From Myxococcales bacterium (GTDB lineage Bacteria; Myxococcota_A; Bradymonadia; UBA7976; UBA1532), in NCBI GenBank assembly GCA_020633465.1, contig JACKDN010000004.1, positions 130,290-194,289 on the forward strand: 64,000 nucleotides of DNA, read 5' to 3'. The position numbers and the translations under genes are program-made. Positions 38,406 to 46,902 of the stretch are shown piece after piece. The first letter of the stretch is position 1. Every line of letters begins with the position of its first letter. Under the pieces are notes generated by a model. That model made no database searches, had not been told where the DNA came from, and worked only from the letters and a program-made list of their open reading frames with translations.

Positions 38406-38777
38406 TCACCCGCCCGCGGCGCCCGTACCCTCGAAGGCGCCGGTGAGGTCGAGCAGCACGTCGAGCTGCGTCGCCCCCTCCAGATCGAAGGCCTCGGTGG
38501 CCAGGGCGCGCATGCGCTGCTGGATCGGGTGGCTCGACGCCGCGTAGGCGGCGTGAGCCGCGGCCAGGTCCACCGCCTTGGTGAAGAGGATCACGCTGGG
38601 TCCGCTCGGGCCGCGCTCCAGCAGCAGCACCTCGGCCAGCATGCCCTCCTCGCGCAGCACGGCGCCGAGCGCGGAGGGATCGGCGGCCAGGCCGCGGGCG
38701 AAGGCGACGAAGGCGTCGGCGCCATCCGGGCGCATCGGGATGCGCAGAGCTTGGGTCTGGGGGGGCGTGGGCTTCAT
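38406..38777 (-). CDS. hypothetical protein
   Basis: 123-aa ORF with realistic composition. Convergent with the PPIase gene. No family recognised. Confidence 0.45.
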   Translation of the reverse strand: MKPTPPQTQALRIPMRPDGADAFVAFARGLAADPSALGAVLREEGMLAEVLLLERGPSGPSVILFTKAVDLAAAHAAYAASSHPIQQRMRALATEAFDLEGATQLDVLLDLTGAFEGTGAAGG

Positions 38778-38819
38778 GGGTCCTCCGCGTGCGGGTGGGC
38801 CCAGGATGCCGCGCGACGC

Positions 38820-39572
38820 TCATCCCCGATTGAACGAATCGGACGCCGGGCCCCACCACGCGCCAGGCGGGTGGCCGGTGAGCGCGCGGCACTCGCGGAC
38901 GAAGTGCGCCTGGTCGGCGTACCCCAGGTCGTAGATCGGCGAGAAGCCTTCGTGCGCGTGCAGGCGGTCGAGCAATTGGGCCGCCCGCCGGAAGCGGCGC
39001 AGGCGGAGCACCTGCTTGGGGCCGACGCCCGCGACGTCGAGCGTGCGCCGGTGCAGCGTGCGAGGCGTCACGCCCAGGGCGCGGGCCGCGTCGTCGACGC
39101 GGTCGTGGGACGCGAGCGCGGCCCACAGCGCCGCCGACGGCGGGCGCAGGTCGGCGCGGCGCAGCCAAGCGATCGCGGCGGCCGCGCGTCGCGCGGGGTC
39201 GGGGTGCCACCAGATGGCTTCGTCGGCGAGGCGGACCCGGTCGGCCAGCGGTCCGGCGCCGCCCGCAGCCCCCAACACGCCGCCGACGCCTGGGCGCAGC
39301 CGCACGCCAGTGAGGCGGTTGCTCGGACCGTGCCGGTACTCCCGCGGATGGAGCGTTCCGACATCGAGCCAGTGGGCGGCGACCGGCAGCGCCTCACTCA
39401 CGCACGCGCGGACGTACGACGGGCCGCCGACGAGGACGACGTCGGTGTGCAGCGTGGGCCACGCGTGCTCGGTCCACGGCGTGGCGGCGTCCGTGTCGAG
39501 CGTCCAGACGGCCGCGACGCGGTCGGTGAGATCGCCCGGGACGAGGTGGAGTCGGTAGCGGACGGCGCTCAT
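38820..39572 (-). CDS. AraC-family transcriptional regulator
   Basis: C-terminal HTH: VDDAARALGVTPRTLHRRTLDVAGVGPKQVLRLRRFRRAAQLL...GYADQAHFVRECRALTG. Confidence 0.8.
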   Translation of the reverse strand: MSAVRYRLHLVPGDLTDRVAAVWTLDTDAATPWTEHAWPTLHTDVVLVGGPSYVRACVSEALPVAAHWLDVGTLHPREYRHGPSNRLTGVRLRPGVGGVLGAAGGAGPLADRVRLADEAIWWHPDPARRAAAAIAWLRRADLRPPSAALWAALASHDRVDDAARALGVTPRTLHRRTLDVAGVGPKQVLRLRRFRRAAQLLDRLHAHEGFSPIYDLGYADQAHFVRECRALTGHPPGAWWGPASDSFNRG

Positions 39573-41464
39573 CGGCGCAGCTGCGCGAGGGCCTCGGCGA
39601 CGACGGCGTGGACCGCCTCCTCGGCCTCGCGGTTGTCGATCCAGTCGCGGGTGGGCGAGACGAAGCGAGGTCCCTCGAGAAGGACGTGCAGGCCGTACAG
39701 CAGGCCGTAGCGGCGGAAGCGCGACGCCTTCACCGCCCTGCGCAGGCCGTCGACGTGCGTACCGCCGAGCGTCTCGCTGAAGTTGATGAACGACCAGCCC
39801 ATCTGCCGGTCATCGCGTTCACTCACGAACATCGCCAGGTCGACCGCCACGTCGCCGTGCCGGCGGCGGAGCTGCACGTCGGCGGGGCCGAAGCCCAGGC
39901 GGCCGGCGCAGCCCGCGCGCCGGGTGACCAGGCCGGCCAGGCCCCCTGCGCGCACCGGGTGGCCGTCGAGCGTCACTGCCAGGTCGCTCAGGGCGGCGAT
40001 TCGCTCCAGCGCGTCCACGACCAGCACGAGGTCCACGGCCGCCGGGATGATGTCGCGATCGAAGACGGCTTCGATCTCGAGCCCGGTCGTGGTCGTCGGG
40101 CCCAGCTCTTCGGCGGGCCCCAGTGGCTGGCCGAACGCATACCGGCGACGGGTCACGCGACCTGCGAACCGCGTGGTCCACTCGAAGCGACGGCAGAGCG
40201 CGTTGACGGGCGCGAGGCCAACCCCCGCGAACGAGAGCCGCGGGTGGACGTGGGGCCAGTGACCGTCGGCCGTGGCTCCAGCATGCAGCGCGCTCGCATG
40301 GACGTGAAATCGATCGGGTTCCGCGCCCGGACCGTCGTCCGCGACGCGGAACCCATCGGGAATGAGTCGAACGTCGATGCGCGTACAGCGCCCGCCGAGG
40401 TGCTGATCGAGGCTGTTGCCCAGCACCTCCAGCAGGAGTTGGATGGGAGCGGCGACGTCGTCCGGGTCGCCGATGTACATGCCGGGGCGGCGACGGACCG
40501 CTTCCAGGGAGGCCCGGCGCAAGACGAGTTCTTCCCCCTCGGGCGCTTCGAGCAGCGCCCAACGAAGATGACCGACCGTCCACTCTGCGGGCCGCTGCAA
40601 CGCGCTGCAGCGATCGACCATGCGGCGACAAAGCGGCGTGTCGACGCCAGCGTCACCGGCGAGCCGCGCCACCTCACCGTACAGCGCGCCGGCCTCCGTC
40701 GGACGGCCGCGGGCCACCGACTGCCAGGTCGACCCGCCCGGGCGCGTGCGCCCGTCGGCGAGCGGCGTGCTGGTGGTCGGGCACAGGGCGAGCAGGTCGG
40801 CGACGGGGTGGTAGGGCAACTCGAGGGCGCGGAAGACGGCCTCGGCCTCGGCTTGGAGCAACCGCAGCAGATCCTCGGGCACCGTGCCACAGGCCGCTTG
40901 CAGGCCGCCGGCGAGGTTGGTCAGCAGCTTGGTGCGCTTCCACGCCATGATGTCGTCGCGCAGATCACTCTGGAAGCCGGCGGCGCGCAGCAGGTCGCGA
41001 GCCATCGCGGCGACGTCGCCGGCGCCGGAGGGCCAATCGCCGACATCGACGCGCCCCTCGGCGGCCAGACAGTGCAGCCGCACCTCGCCCGGCTCGAGGT
41101 GCACGGCGGGCAACCACACCATCGCGCCGACCACCGGGTGCCCCGCGGCGTCGATCAGGCGCTCGTTGCCGATGCCGTTCTGGAGTGAGACGACGGGACA
41201 GCCCGCGGGCACGCCGCCGAGGGCGTCGGCCGTGTCCTGGCTCTTGACCGCGAGCCACACCATGTCGGTGTCGTCGGGCACGCGGTCGCGGGCGTCCACG
41301 CGCAGCGTCTCGATGCCCTCCGGCTCGGCCAGTCGCAGGCCCTCGGTCTGCATCGCGCGCAGATGCTCGCCGCGCGCGACCAGCGTCACCGCGTGCCCCG
41401 CCCGGTGCAGCCGCGCGCCGACCACGCCGCCGATGGCGCCCGCGCCGAGGATGGTGGTGTGCAT
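39569..41464 (-). CDS. fusion protein: ketopantoate-reductase (PanE/ApbA)-like N-terminal half plus GyrB-type GHKL ATPase/transducer C-terminal half (no Toprim)
   Basis: ATG 41464 follows AAGGGGG. Rossmann motif MHTTILGAGAIGG...VTLVARG. Then LEAVRRRPGMYIGD, LLEVLGNSLDQ, ADDGPG, GVGLAPVNALC, FSETLGGTHVDG. One uninterrupted frame. Confidence 0.7.
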   Translation of the reverse strand: MHTTILGAGAIGGVVGARLHRAGHAVTLVARGEHLRAMQTEGLRLAEPEGIETLRVDARDRVPDDTDMVWLAVKSQDTADALGGVPAGCPVVSLQNGIGNERLIDAAGHPVVGAMVWLPAVHLEPGEVRLHCLAAEGRVDVGDWPSGAGDVAAMARDLLRAAGFQSDLRDDIMAWKRTKLLTNLAGGLQAACGTVPEDLLRLLQAEAEAVFRALELPYHPVADLLALCPTTSTPLADGRTRPGGSTWQSVARGRPTEAGALYGEVARLAGDAGVDTPLCRRMVDRCSALQRPAEWTVGHLRWALLEAPEGEELVLRRASLEAVRRRPGMYIGDPDDVAAPIQLLLEVLGNSLDQHLGGRCTRIDVRLIPDGFRVADDGPGAEPDRFHVHASALHAGATADGHWPHVHPRLSFAGVGLAPVNALCRRFEWTTRFAGRVTRRRYAFGQPLGPAEELGPTTTTGLEIEAVFDRDIIPAAVDLVLVVDALERIAALSDLAVTLDGHPVRAGGLAGLVTRRAGCAGRLGFGPADVQLRRRHGDVAVDLAMFVSERDDRQMGWSFINFSETLGGTHVDGLRRAVKASRFRRYGLLYGLHVLLEGPRFVSPTRDWIDNREAEEAVHAVVAEALAQLRR

Positions 41465-41659
41465 GCTGCCCCCTTCTCTCGCCCGTCGGCAGTCTACCGC
41501 AACTCCACAGCGGCCGGCGCCCTCGCGCAGCACGCTGCGCCGAGGCCCGCGGTGCGTTGACCGGCTCGACGATCGGCGCGAGCCAGGGAGCGTCTCCTAC
41601 CCGGCGCGTGCGAGGCCGGTCGGTGCACCGGCGCCGAGCGTTCCTCGGCGCGTGAGCGG

Positions 41660-42643
41660 TTGACCCCGAGCGACAGCGACGCCGACACTGCCCCGGTGCC
41701 GCTCTCGATCGCCGACCTCTTCACGCTGGACGCGGCGTCCTTGGCCGCCCCGCTCGCTGCTGGGGCGACCGTGTCGCTCAGTGAGCGATCGGTCGCGCTG
41801 CCCCGGGACGTCGACGACGCGCGGCGGCGGGTGGCGCACGAGGCGGTCGAGCTGTGGCTGGACCATCCCCGCGACGCGGGCCGGCTGCTCGACGGCGAGG
41901 CCGCGCTGCGGGGCGCGCTGCGGACCGAGGCGCGGTTCCTCGCCCGGCTGACCGGCGCGCTGGCCGATCGCCTTCGCGACGGCCTGGCGCCCGACGCCGA
42001 CGGGGCCGACGCGCTGCGCACCATCCTCGGCGACAGCCGCGTGCCGCGGCGGCTGCGCTTCAAGGCGCTGGACGTACTGCTGCTGGCGCAGGACGCCGCC
42101 GAGCGCGAGGCGACGCTCGCCCCCTTCCTCGCGCTGGACCGCGAGGCCGCGCGCAGCCGCTTCCGGCGCGACGACCGCGAGGCGATGCTCGACCACCTGG
42201 GCTGGCTGGGCGTGGCCGACGCGGCCGCCTGGATCGAGCGCCTCGCGCCCACCCTCGACATCGAGGACGTGCACGGCGCGGTGTGGGCCCTGATCGAGCT
42301 GCAGGAGGCGCCCGAGCCCCTGGTCGGGCCGCGCTTCGCCGCCCGGTTCGGCGAGGGGCCGTGGGCCGCGCTCGAGTCGCGCGCGCTGGGCTTCCTCGAG
42401 GACGACGACCGCCGCGTCGCGGCCATCGGCGTGCTGCGCCACATCGGCACGCCGCGCTGCCTGGGACCCCTGCGCCCCTGGAGCCGGGGCTTCTTCCGCG
42501 CGCGGGTCCTGAAGGACGCGGCCCGCGCCGCCATCGACGCCATCGAGGCGCGCGGCACCGGCCCGGGCGCCGGCGCCCTGAGCTTCGCCGCCGGCCCCGC
42601 CGGCGCCCTGTCCCTGCCGCGCCGCGACGACCTGCGCGTCTGA
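41660..42643 (+). CDS. hypothetical helical-repeat protein
   Basis: 327-aa ORF (TTG start; the internal GTG about 33 nt downstream, VPLSIADL, is also possible). A/L/D/R-rich helical composition. The antisense ORFs are R/G-rich artefacts. Confidence 0.45.
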   Translation: MTPSDSDADTAPVPLSIADLFTLDAASLAAPLAAGATVSLSERSVALPRDVDDARRRVAHEAVELWLDHPRDAGRLLDGEAALRGALRTEARFLARLTGALADRLRDGLAPDADGADALRTILGDSRVPRRLRFKALDVLLLAQDAAEREATLAPFLALDREAARSRFRRDDREAMLDHLGWLGVADAAAWIERLAPTLDIEDVHGAVWALIELQEAPEPLVGPRFAARFGEGPWAALESRALGFLEDDDRRVAAIGVLRHIGTPRCLGPLRPWSRGFFRARVLKDAARAAIDAIEARGTGPGAGALSFAAGPAGALSLPRRDDLRV

Positions 42644-42659
42644 CACCCCCGTTGACCCC

Positions 42660-43250
42660 GTGGCGCCAGCGGACTACACCCGTGGCACGGAACCCCCGGG
42701 AGCCCCAGTGCGCGACAACAACCGCCGCGAGTCCCTGCAACGCATCGAAGTCCGCGAGCTCGAGCTCGACGATCTGGCCGCCGTGTTCGCCCTCGGCGAG
42801 CGCATCTTCACCGCCGACCAGGCGCCGACCCTGCACCGCACCTGGGATCCCTACGAGGTCGTCAGCTTCTTCCAGGGCGATCCCGAGACCTGCCTCGTGG
42901 CCATCGACGAGCAGACCGAGACGATCTGCGGCTTCGCCCTGGGCACCGTGCTCGAGAAGCGGCGCAGCGCCTGGACCTATGGCTACCTCGTCTGGCTCGG
43001 CGTCGACCCGGCCTACGGCAACGCCGGCGTCGGCGGCAAGCTGCTCGCCGATCTGACCGAGCGCTTCATCGAGCAGGGCGCGCGCATGCTGCTGGTCGAC
43101 ACCGAGGCCGATAACGACCGCGCCTTGAAGTTCTTCGCCCGCAACGGCTTCGGCCACCCGCGGCCGCACGTCTTCCTCAGCAAGAACCTGACGCGCGAGC
43201 CCGCGTACCGAAAAGCGCGCAAGCCGAAGGGCAACGAGCCGGCGAAGTAG
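42660..43250 (+). CDS. GNAT-family N-acetyltransferase
   Basis: YLVWLGVDPAYGNAGVGGKLLADLTERFIEQGARMLLVDTEADNDRALKFFARNGF is the acetyl-CoA-binding R/Q-x-x-G-x-G/A motif region. Confidence 0.75.
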   Translation: MAPADYTRGTEPPGAPVRDNNRRESLQRIEVRELELDDLAAVFALGERIFTADQAPTLHRTWDPYEVVSFFQGDPETCLVAIDEQTETICGFALGTVLEKRRSAWTYGYLVWLGVDPAYGNAGVGGKLLADLTERFIEQGARMLLVDTEADNDRALKFFARNGFGHPRPHVFLSKNLTREPAYRKARKPKGNEPAK

Positions 43251-43341
43251 CCCTCCGAAAAAAGACGCCCGTCGAAGAATTCACCGACGAGATTCGGGGC
43301 GGGCGCGTAGCAGACGGCCGAACCCACGCACGGAGGCGCTC

Positions 43342-44094
43342 ATGCGCTCGACTCGAAGCCGTCTGACCCTTGCCCTGATCACCACCCTCGCCCTCGCCGC
43401 CGGGTGCCGGCCCGAGGCCACCGCGCCGGCGTCGGGCGCGGAGGCGCCGCTGGAGCTGCGCACCTACGTCGTGCCGGAGGGCGCGCAGGAGGAGGCGGTG
43501 TCCATCGTTCACGAGCTGCTGGGGCGCGGGAAGGACGCGCCGCGGCTGGGCTCGGTGGCGGCCGGGCCGGGTCATCAGGTGTTGGTGACCGCGCCGGCGA
43601 GCTTCCACGCGGGCGTCGCCGATCTGGTGGAGCGGCTGAAGAAGGAGCCGCCCGCGCCGCCGCCGACCGTGGCGATGGAGTACTGGATGCTGCTCGGCCG
43701 CCCGGCCGAGGCCCCCACGGACCCCGCCGGTTTCGAGCCGGCGTTGCGGCCGGTGGTGAAGGCGCTGCAGGCGGCGCACGGGCCGATGGCGCTCGCGCTG
43801 TCGGGCCGGGTGCAGGTCGCCTCGCTGGCGGGGCGCCACGCAGAGTCGGTCGGCGACACCCTGCAGGTGCAGCAGCGCGCGGTGCCCCACCGGGGCGGTC
43901 TGCTGACGACGCTGCGCCTGGCGCCCGCGGGCGGCACCGAGCTGCGCACCGAGGTGATGCTGCCGCCCGACAAGGTGGTGGTGCTGGGCTACGCCGGCAT
44001 GGGCGGACGCAAGGTGCAGGCGGCCTTTCCCGACGCCGAGACCGCCACCGCCTTCTACGTCGTGCGCGGCGGCGTGACGACCTTCGGCGAATGA
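43342..44094 (+). CDS. hypothetical lipoprotein
   Basis: Lipobox TLALAAGC. It directly precedes the ECF sigma gene with a 3-nt gap. Confidence 0.55.
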   Translation: MRSTRSRLTLALITTLALAAGCRPEATAPASGAEAPLELRTYVVPEGAQEEAVSIVHELLGRGKDAPRLGSVAAGPGHQVLVTAPASFHAGVADLVERLKKEPPAPPPTVAMEYWMLLGRPAEAPTDPAGFEPALRPVVKALQAAHGPMALALSGRVQVASLAGRHAESVGDTLQVQQRAVPHRGGLLTTLRLAPAGGTELRTEVMLPPDKVVVLGYAGMGGRKVQAAFPDAETATAFYVVRGGVTTFGE

Positions 44095-44097
44095 GCG

Positions 44098-44637
44098 TTG
44101 ACCGCCACCGACGCATTCGACCGGCCGGCCCTCGAGCGGCTGTACGCCGAGGTCGAGCGCCCGCTGTTCAACGTGGTGTATCGCTGGCTGTGGCAGCGCG
44201 ACGACGCGGCCGAGGTGGTGCAGGAGGCCTTCCTGCGCCTGTGGGCCATGCGCGCGCGCGTCGAGCCGGCGACGGCGCGGCCGCTGGTGTACCGCATCGC
44301 GCTGAACCTGGCCGCCAGCCGGCGCCGGCGCGCGAAGGTGCGCCGCTGGGTGGGCCTCGAGGCCGCGACGCCGCGCGACGAGCGGCACCCGGAGCGCCTG
44401 ATGGGCGGCGCGACCGAGGACGCTCGGGTCCGCGCCGCCATCGAGGCGCTGCCCGAGAAGCTGCGCCGCGTGATCACGCTCTGCGAGCTGGGCGAGATGG
44501 CTTACCGCGACGTGGCCGAGACGCTGGGCATCCCCGAAGGGACCGTGGCGTCGCGCCGCCACGCCGCCCTGCAGCAGCTCCGCCGGGCCCTGAAGGACCT
44601 GGCACCACCCACGGGAGGCGACGATGGACGACGATGA
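44098..44637 (+). CDS. ECF (RpoE-like) sigma-70 family factor
   Basis: Region 2: LFNVVYRWLWQRDDAAEVVQEAFLRLW. Region 4: ELGEMAYRDVAETLGIPEGTVASRRHAAL. Start is TTG. Confidence 0.8.
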   Translation: MTATDAFDRPALERLYAEVERPLFNVVYRWLWQRDDAAEVVQEAFLRLWAMRARVEPATARPLVYRIALNLAASRRRRAKVRRWVGLEAATPRDERHPERLMGGATEDARVRAAIEALPEKLRRVITLCELGEMAYRDVAETLGIPEGTVASRRHAALQQLRRALKDLAPPTGGDDGRR

Positions 44638-44973
44638 TCTGATCCGCCGCGTCTTCCCCACCGAGGACCCGCCCCCCGGCGGCCTCACCCGCCTGCGCGC
44701 CCACCTGGACGCCGCCGAGCGCCCGCGCCGCGCCTGGGTGCCCGCCCTCGCCGGCCTGCTGACCGCCGCCGCGGCCGTCGCCCTGCTGCTGCTGCCGCGC
44801 GCCCCCGAGCCCGCGGCCCCCATCTGGACCGCCGCCGACCATCCCGCCCTGGCCAACCTGGGCTACGCCGCCCCGCCACCCCGGCGCCACCCCCCGGCCG
44901 AGCCACCGTCCTGCGCCCCGTCCCCACCCACGACGACAGCGTCCTGCTCTACTGGGTCGACCGAACGCCCTGA
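44624..44973 (+). CDS. putative anti-sigma factor (single TM); frame-disrupted near the C-terminus
   Basis: ATG 44624 overlaps the sigma gene by 14 nt. TM segment WVPALAGLLTAAAAVALLLL. After about 44890 the plausible C-terminus ...TVLRPVPTHDDSVLLYWVDRTP-stop (TGA 44971-73) is in another frame. The as-sequenced frame runs into the repeat array. Confidence 0.5.
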
Positions 44974-45007
44974 GCGCCCCACCCCCCCCCCGCAACGCCC
45001 GCAAAAC

Positions 45008-45300
45008 GTGCCCGTGCCCGTGCCCGTGCCCAACGTGCCCGTGCCCGATCAACGTCCGCCCCCGCCGAACGCTCCACCCACCCCGGCGCCCACCCCCCTT
45101 GCCCTTGCCTTTACCCGTGCCCTGCCCCCCCCCCTCCTGACCTTGACCTTGACCTGCCCCTTGACCTTGACCTTGACCTGCCCCTCCCTTGCCCTGCCCC
45201 TTGACCTTGACCGTGCCCCTGCCCCTTGACCTTGACCTGCCCCTGCCCCTTGACCTTGACCGTGCCCTGCCCCCCTTGACCTTGACCGTGCCCTGCCCCC
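45008..45300. repeat. composite tandem-repeat array: (GTGCCC)n followed by about 6 copies of a roughly 25-30-bp unit (gccccttgaccttgacc[g/t]tgccc)
   Basis: Read directly. It fills the convergent intergenic space between the anti-sigma gene and the asparaginase-like gene. Confidence 0.85.
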
Positions 45301-45309
45301 CCCCGGACC

Positions 45310-45831
45310 TCACCCCTCCCCCGCCCCCACGAACCGCCCCCGCGCCCGATCCTTCACCACCCCCGGAAAACGCAGCACCCGGTTGTGCATCGCCACGTAC
45401 GTCCCCGGCGCCACGAGCTGCACCGCCAACAACGCCTCGGTCAGGTTCTGCAGCGCGTCCGTACTCCGCAGCTCGTACGGCCGCATCGCCCCGGTCAGCA
45501 CGATCGGCACCGGCGGCTCGGGCCACAGCGCGTGCACCCGCTCGCCGGTCACCGCCAGCCGATCCGTCCCGTGCACGATGATCACCCCGTCGTGCGCCTC
45601 GGCCATCGCCCCCGCGGTCTTCGCGATGAGCGTGTGATCCTTCTCCCCCATGTCGAGGCTGTCCTTGTTCATCAGCGGCACCCGCACCAGCTCGACCCCC
45701 TCGAGGTCGAGCTGCGCGAGCATCACGTCCAGCACGCTGACGGCGTTGGCCAGCACGCCGGCGAGCTCGTCGTAGGTCTTCTCGATGGTGCCCCCGGTCG
45801 AGATGAGGGCGATGCGTCGCTTGGTGTTCAT
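45310..45831 (-). CDS. asparaginase N-terminal-domain protein (short, 173 aa)
   Basis: ATG 45831. RIALISTGGTIEKTY (the catalytic TGGTI motif), IIVHGTDRLAVT, VLTGAMRP. Confidence 0.75.
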   Translation of the reverse strand: MNTKRRIALISTGGTIEKTYDELAGVLANAVSVLDVMLAQLDLEGVELVRVPLMNKDSLDMGEKDHTLIAKTAGAMAEAHDGVIIVHGTDRLAVTGERVHALWPEPPVPIVLTGAMRPYELRSTDALQNLTEALLAVQLVAPGTYVAMHNRVLRFPGVVKDRARGRFVGAGEG

Positions 45832-45906
45832 GCGCGGAGGATAGTCGACGCGCCGCCGACGTGGCAGGCTCGCCGCGTCTCGCTCGAAACGAACGGAGGT
45901 CGCGAG

Positions 45907-46902
45907 ATGGAGTATCGCTTCCTGGGGCGCACTGGCGTGCGCGTCTCGATGCTGGGCCTGGGCACCATGGCCTTCGGCGGCGACGCCGACGCCGCGACGT
46001 CCGGCGCCCTGTACGCGCGGGCCCGCGACGCGGGCATCAACCTGTTCGACTGCGCCGACGTCTACGCGGGCGGCGAGAGCGAGCACGTCCTGGGCCGACT
46101 GATCGCCGCCCACCGCGACGACGTGGTCATCGCCAGCAAGGCCTACTTCCCGACCGGCGACAAGGGGCCCAACGATCGCGGCAGCAGCCGCTATCACCTG
46201 GTGCGCGCGGTCGAGGCCAGCCTGCGGCGGCTGAAGACCGATCGCATCGACCTGTACTTCCTGCACCGCTTCGACGACGAGACGGACCTGGCCGAGAGCC
46301 TGCGCGCGCTGGACGATCTGGTGCGCCAGGGGAAGATCCTCTACCCCGCCCTGAGCAACTTCGCCGCCTGGCAGGCGCAGCGCGCGGTCGACCTGTGCGA
46401 GCGCCACGGCTGGGCGCGCCCGGTGTGCGTGCAGCCGATGTACAACCTGGCCAAGCGGCAGGCCGAGGTCGAGATCCTGCCGCAGGCGAAGGCCAACGAT
46501 CTCGCGGTGATGCCCTACAGCCCGCTGGGCGGCGGCCTGCTGTCGGGCAAATACGGCGCCGAGCGCCGTCCCGACCGAGGGCGCCTGATCGACAACCCGA
46601 TGTACACGACACGCTACGCCGACGCCGAGCACTTCGCGGTGGCCGAGCGCTTCACCGCCTTCGCCGCCGACCGCGGCCTGCCGCCGGTGGCCCTGGCCGT
46701 CGCCTGGGTCGCCCACCACCCGGCGGTCACCAGCGCCCTCGTCGGCGGCCGCTCGGTCGCGCAGCTCGAGGGCTCGCTGGCGGCGGCCGATCTCGCGATG
46801 ACCCCCGATCTGCGCGCCGAGGTGTCGGCCCTGTCGGCCGCCCCGCCCCCCGCCACCGACCGCAACGAGGAGCGCAGCGCCAACAACTACGGCACGCGGT
46901 AG
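45907..46902 (+). CDS. aldo/keto reductase
   Basis: MEYRFLGRTGVRVSMLGLGTMAFGG, INLFDCADVYAGGESE, RIDLYFLHRFD, MPYSPLGGGLLSGKY. Confidence 0.9.
   Translation: MEYRFLGRTGVRVSMLGLGTMAFGGDADAATSGALYARARDAGINLFDCADVYAGGESEHVLGRLIAAHRDDVVIASKAYFPTGDKGPNDRGSSRYHLVRAVEASLRRLKTDRIDLYFLHRFDDETDLAESLRALDDLVRQGKILYPALSNFAAWQAQRAVDLCERHGWARPVCVQPMYNLAKRQAEVEILPQAKANDLAVMPYSPLGGGLLSGKYGAERRPDRGRLIDNPMYTTRYADAEHFAVAERFTAFAADRGLPPVALAVAWVAHHPAVTSALVGGRSVAQLEGSLAAADLAMTPDLRAEVSALSAAPPPATDRNEERSANNYGTR

Noticed and set aside
45008-45300. Possible CRISPR array.
   Set aside because: The repeats are contiguous and degenerate with no unique spacers, the unit is too short and variable, and there are no cas genes in the window.
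44474-45526. Gly-rich 350-aa minus-strand ORF across the repeat array (GTVKVKG.., GHGHGH..).
   Set aside because: It is a translation artefact of the tandem repeats. It overlaps the asparaginase-like gene and the ECF sigma/anti-sigma genes out of frame.
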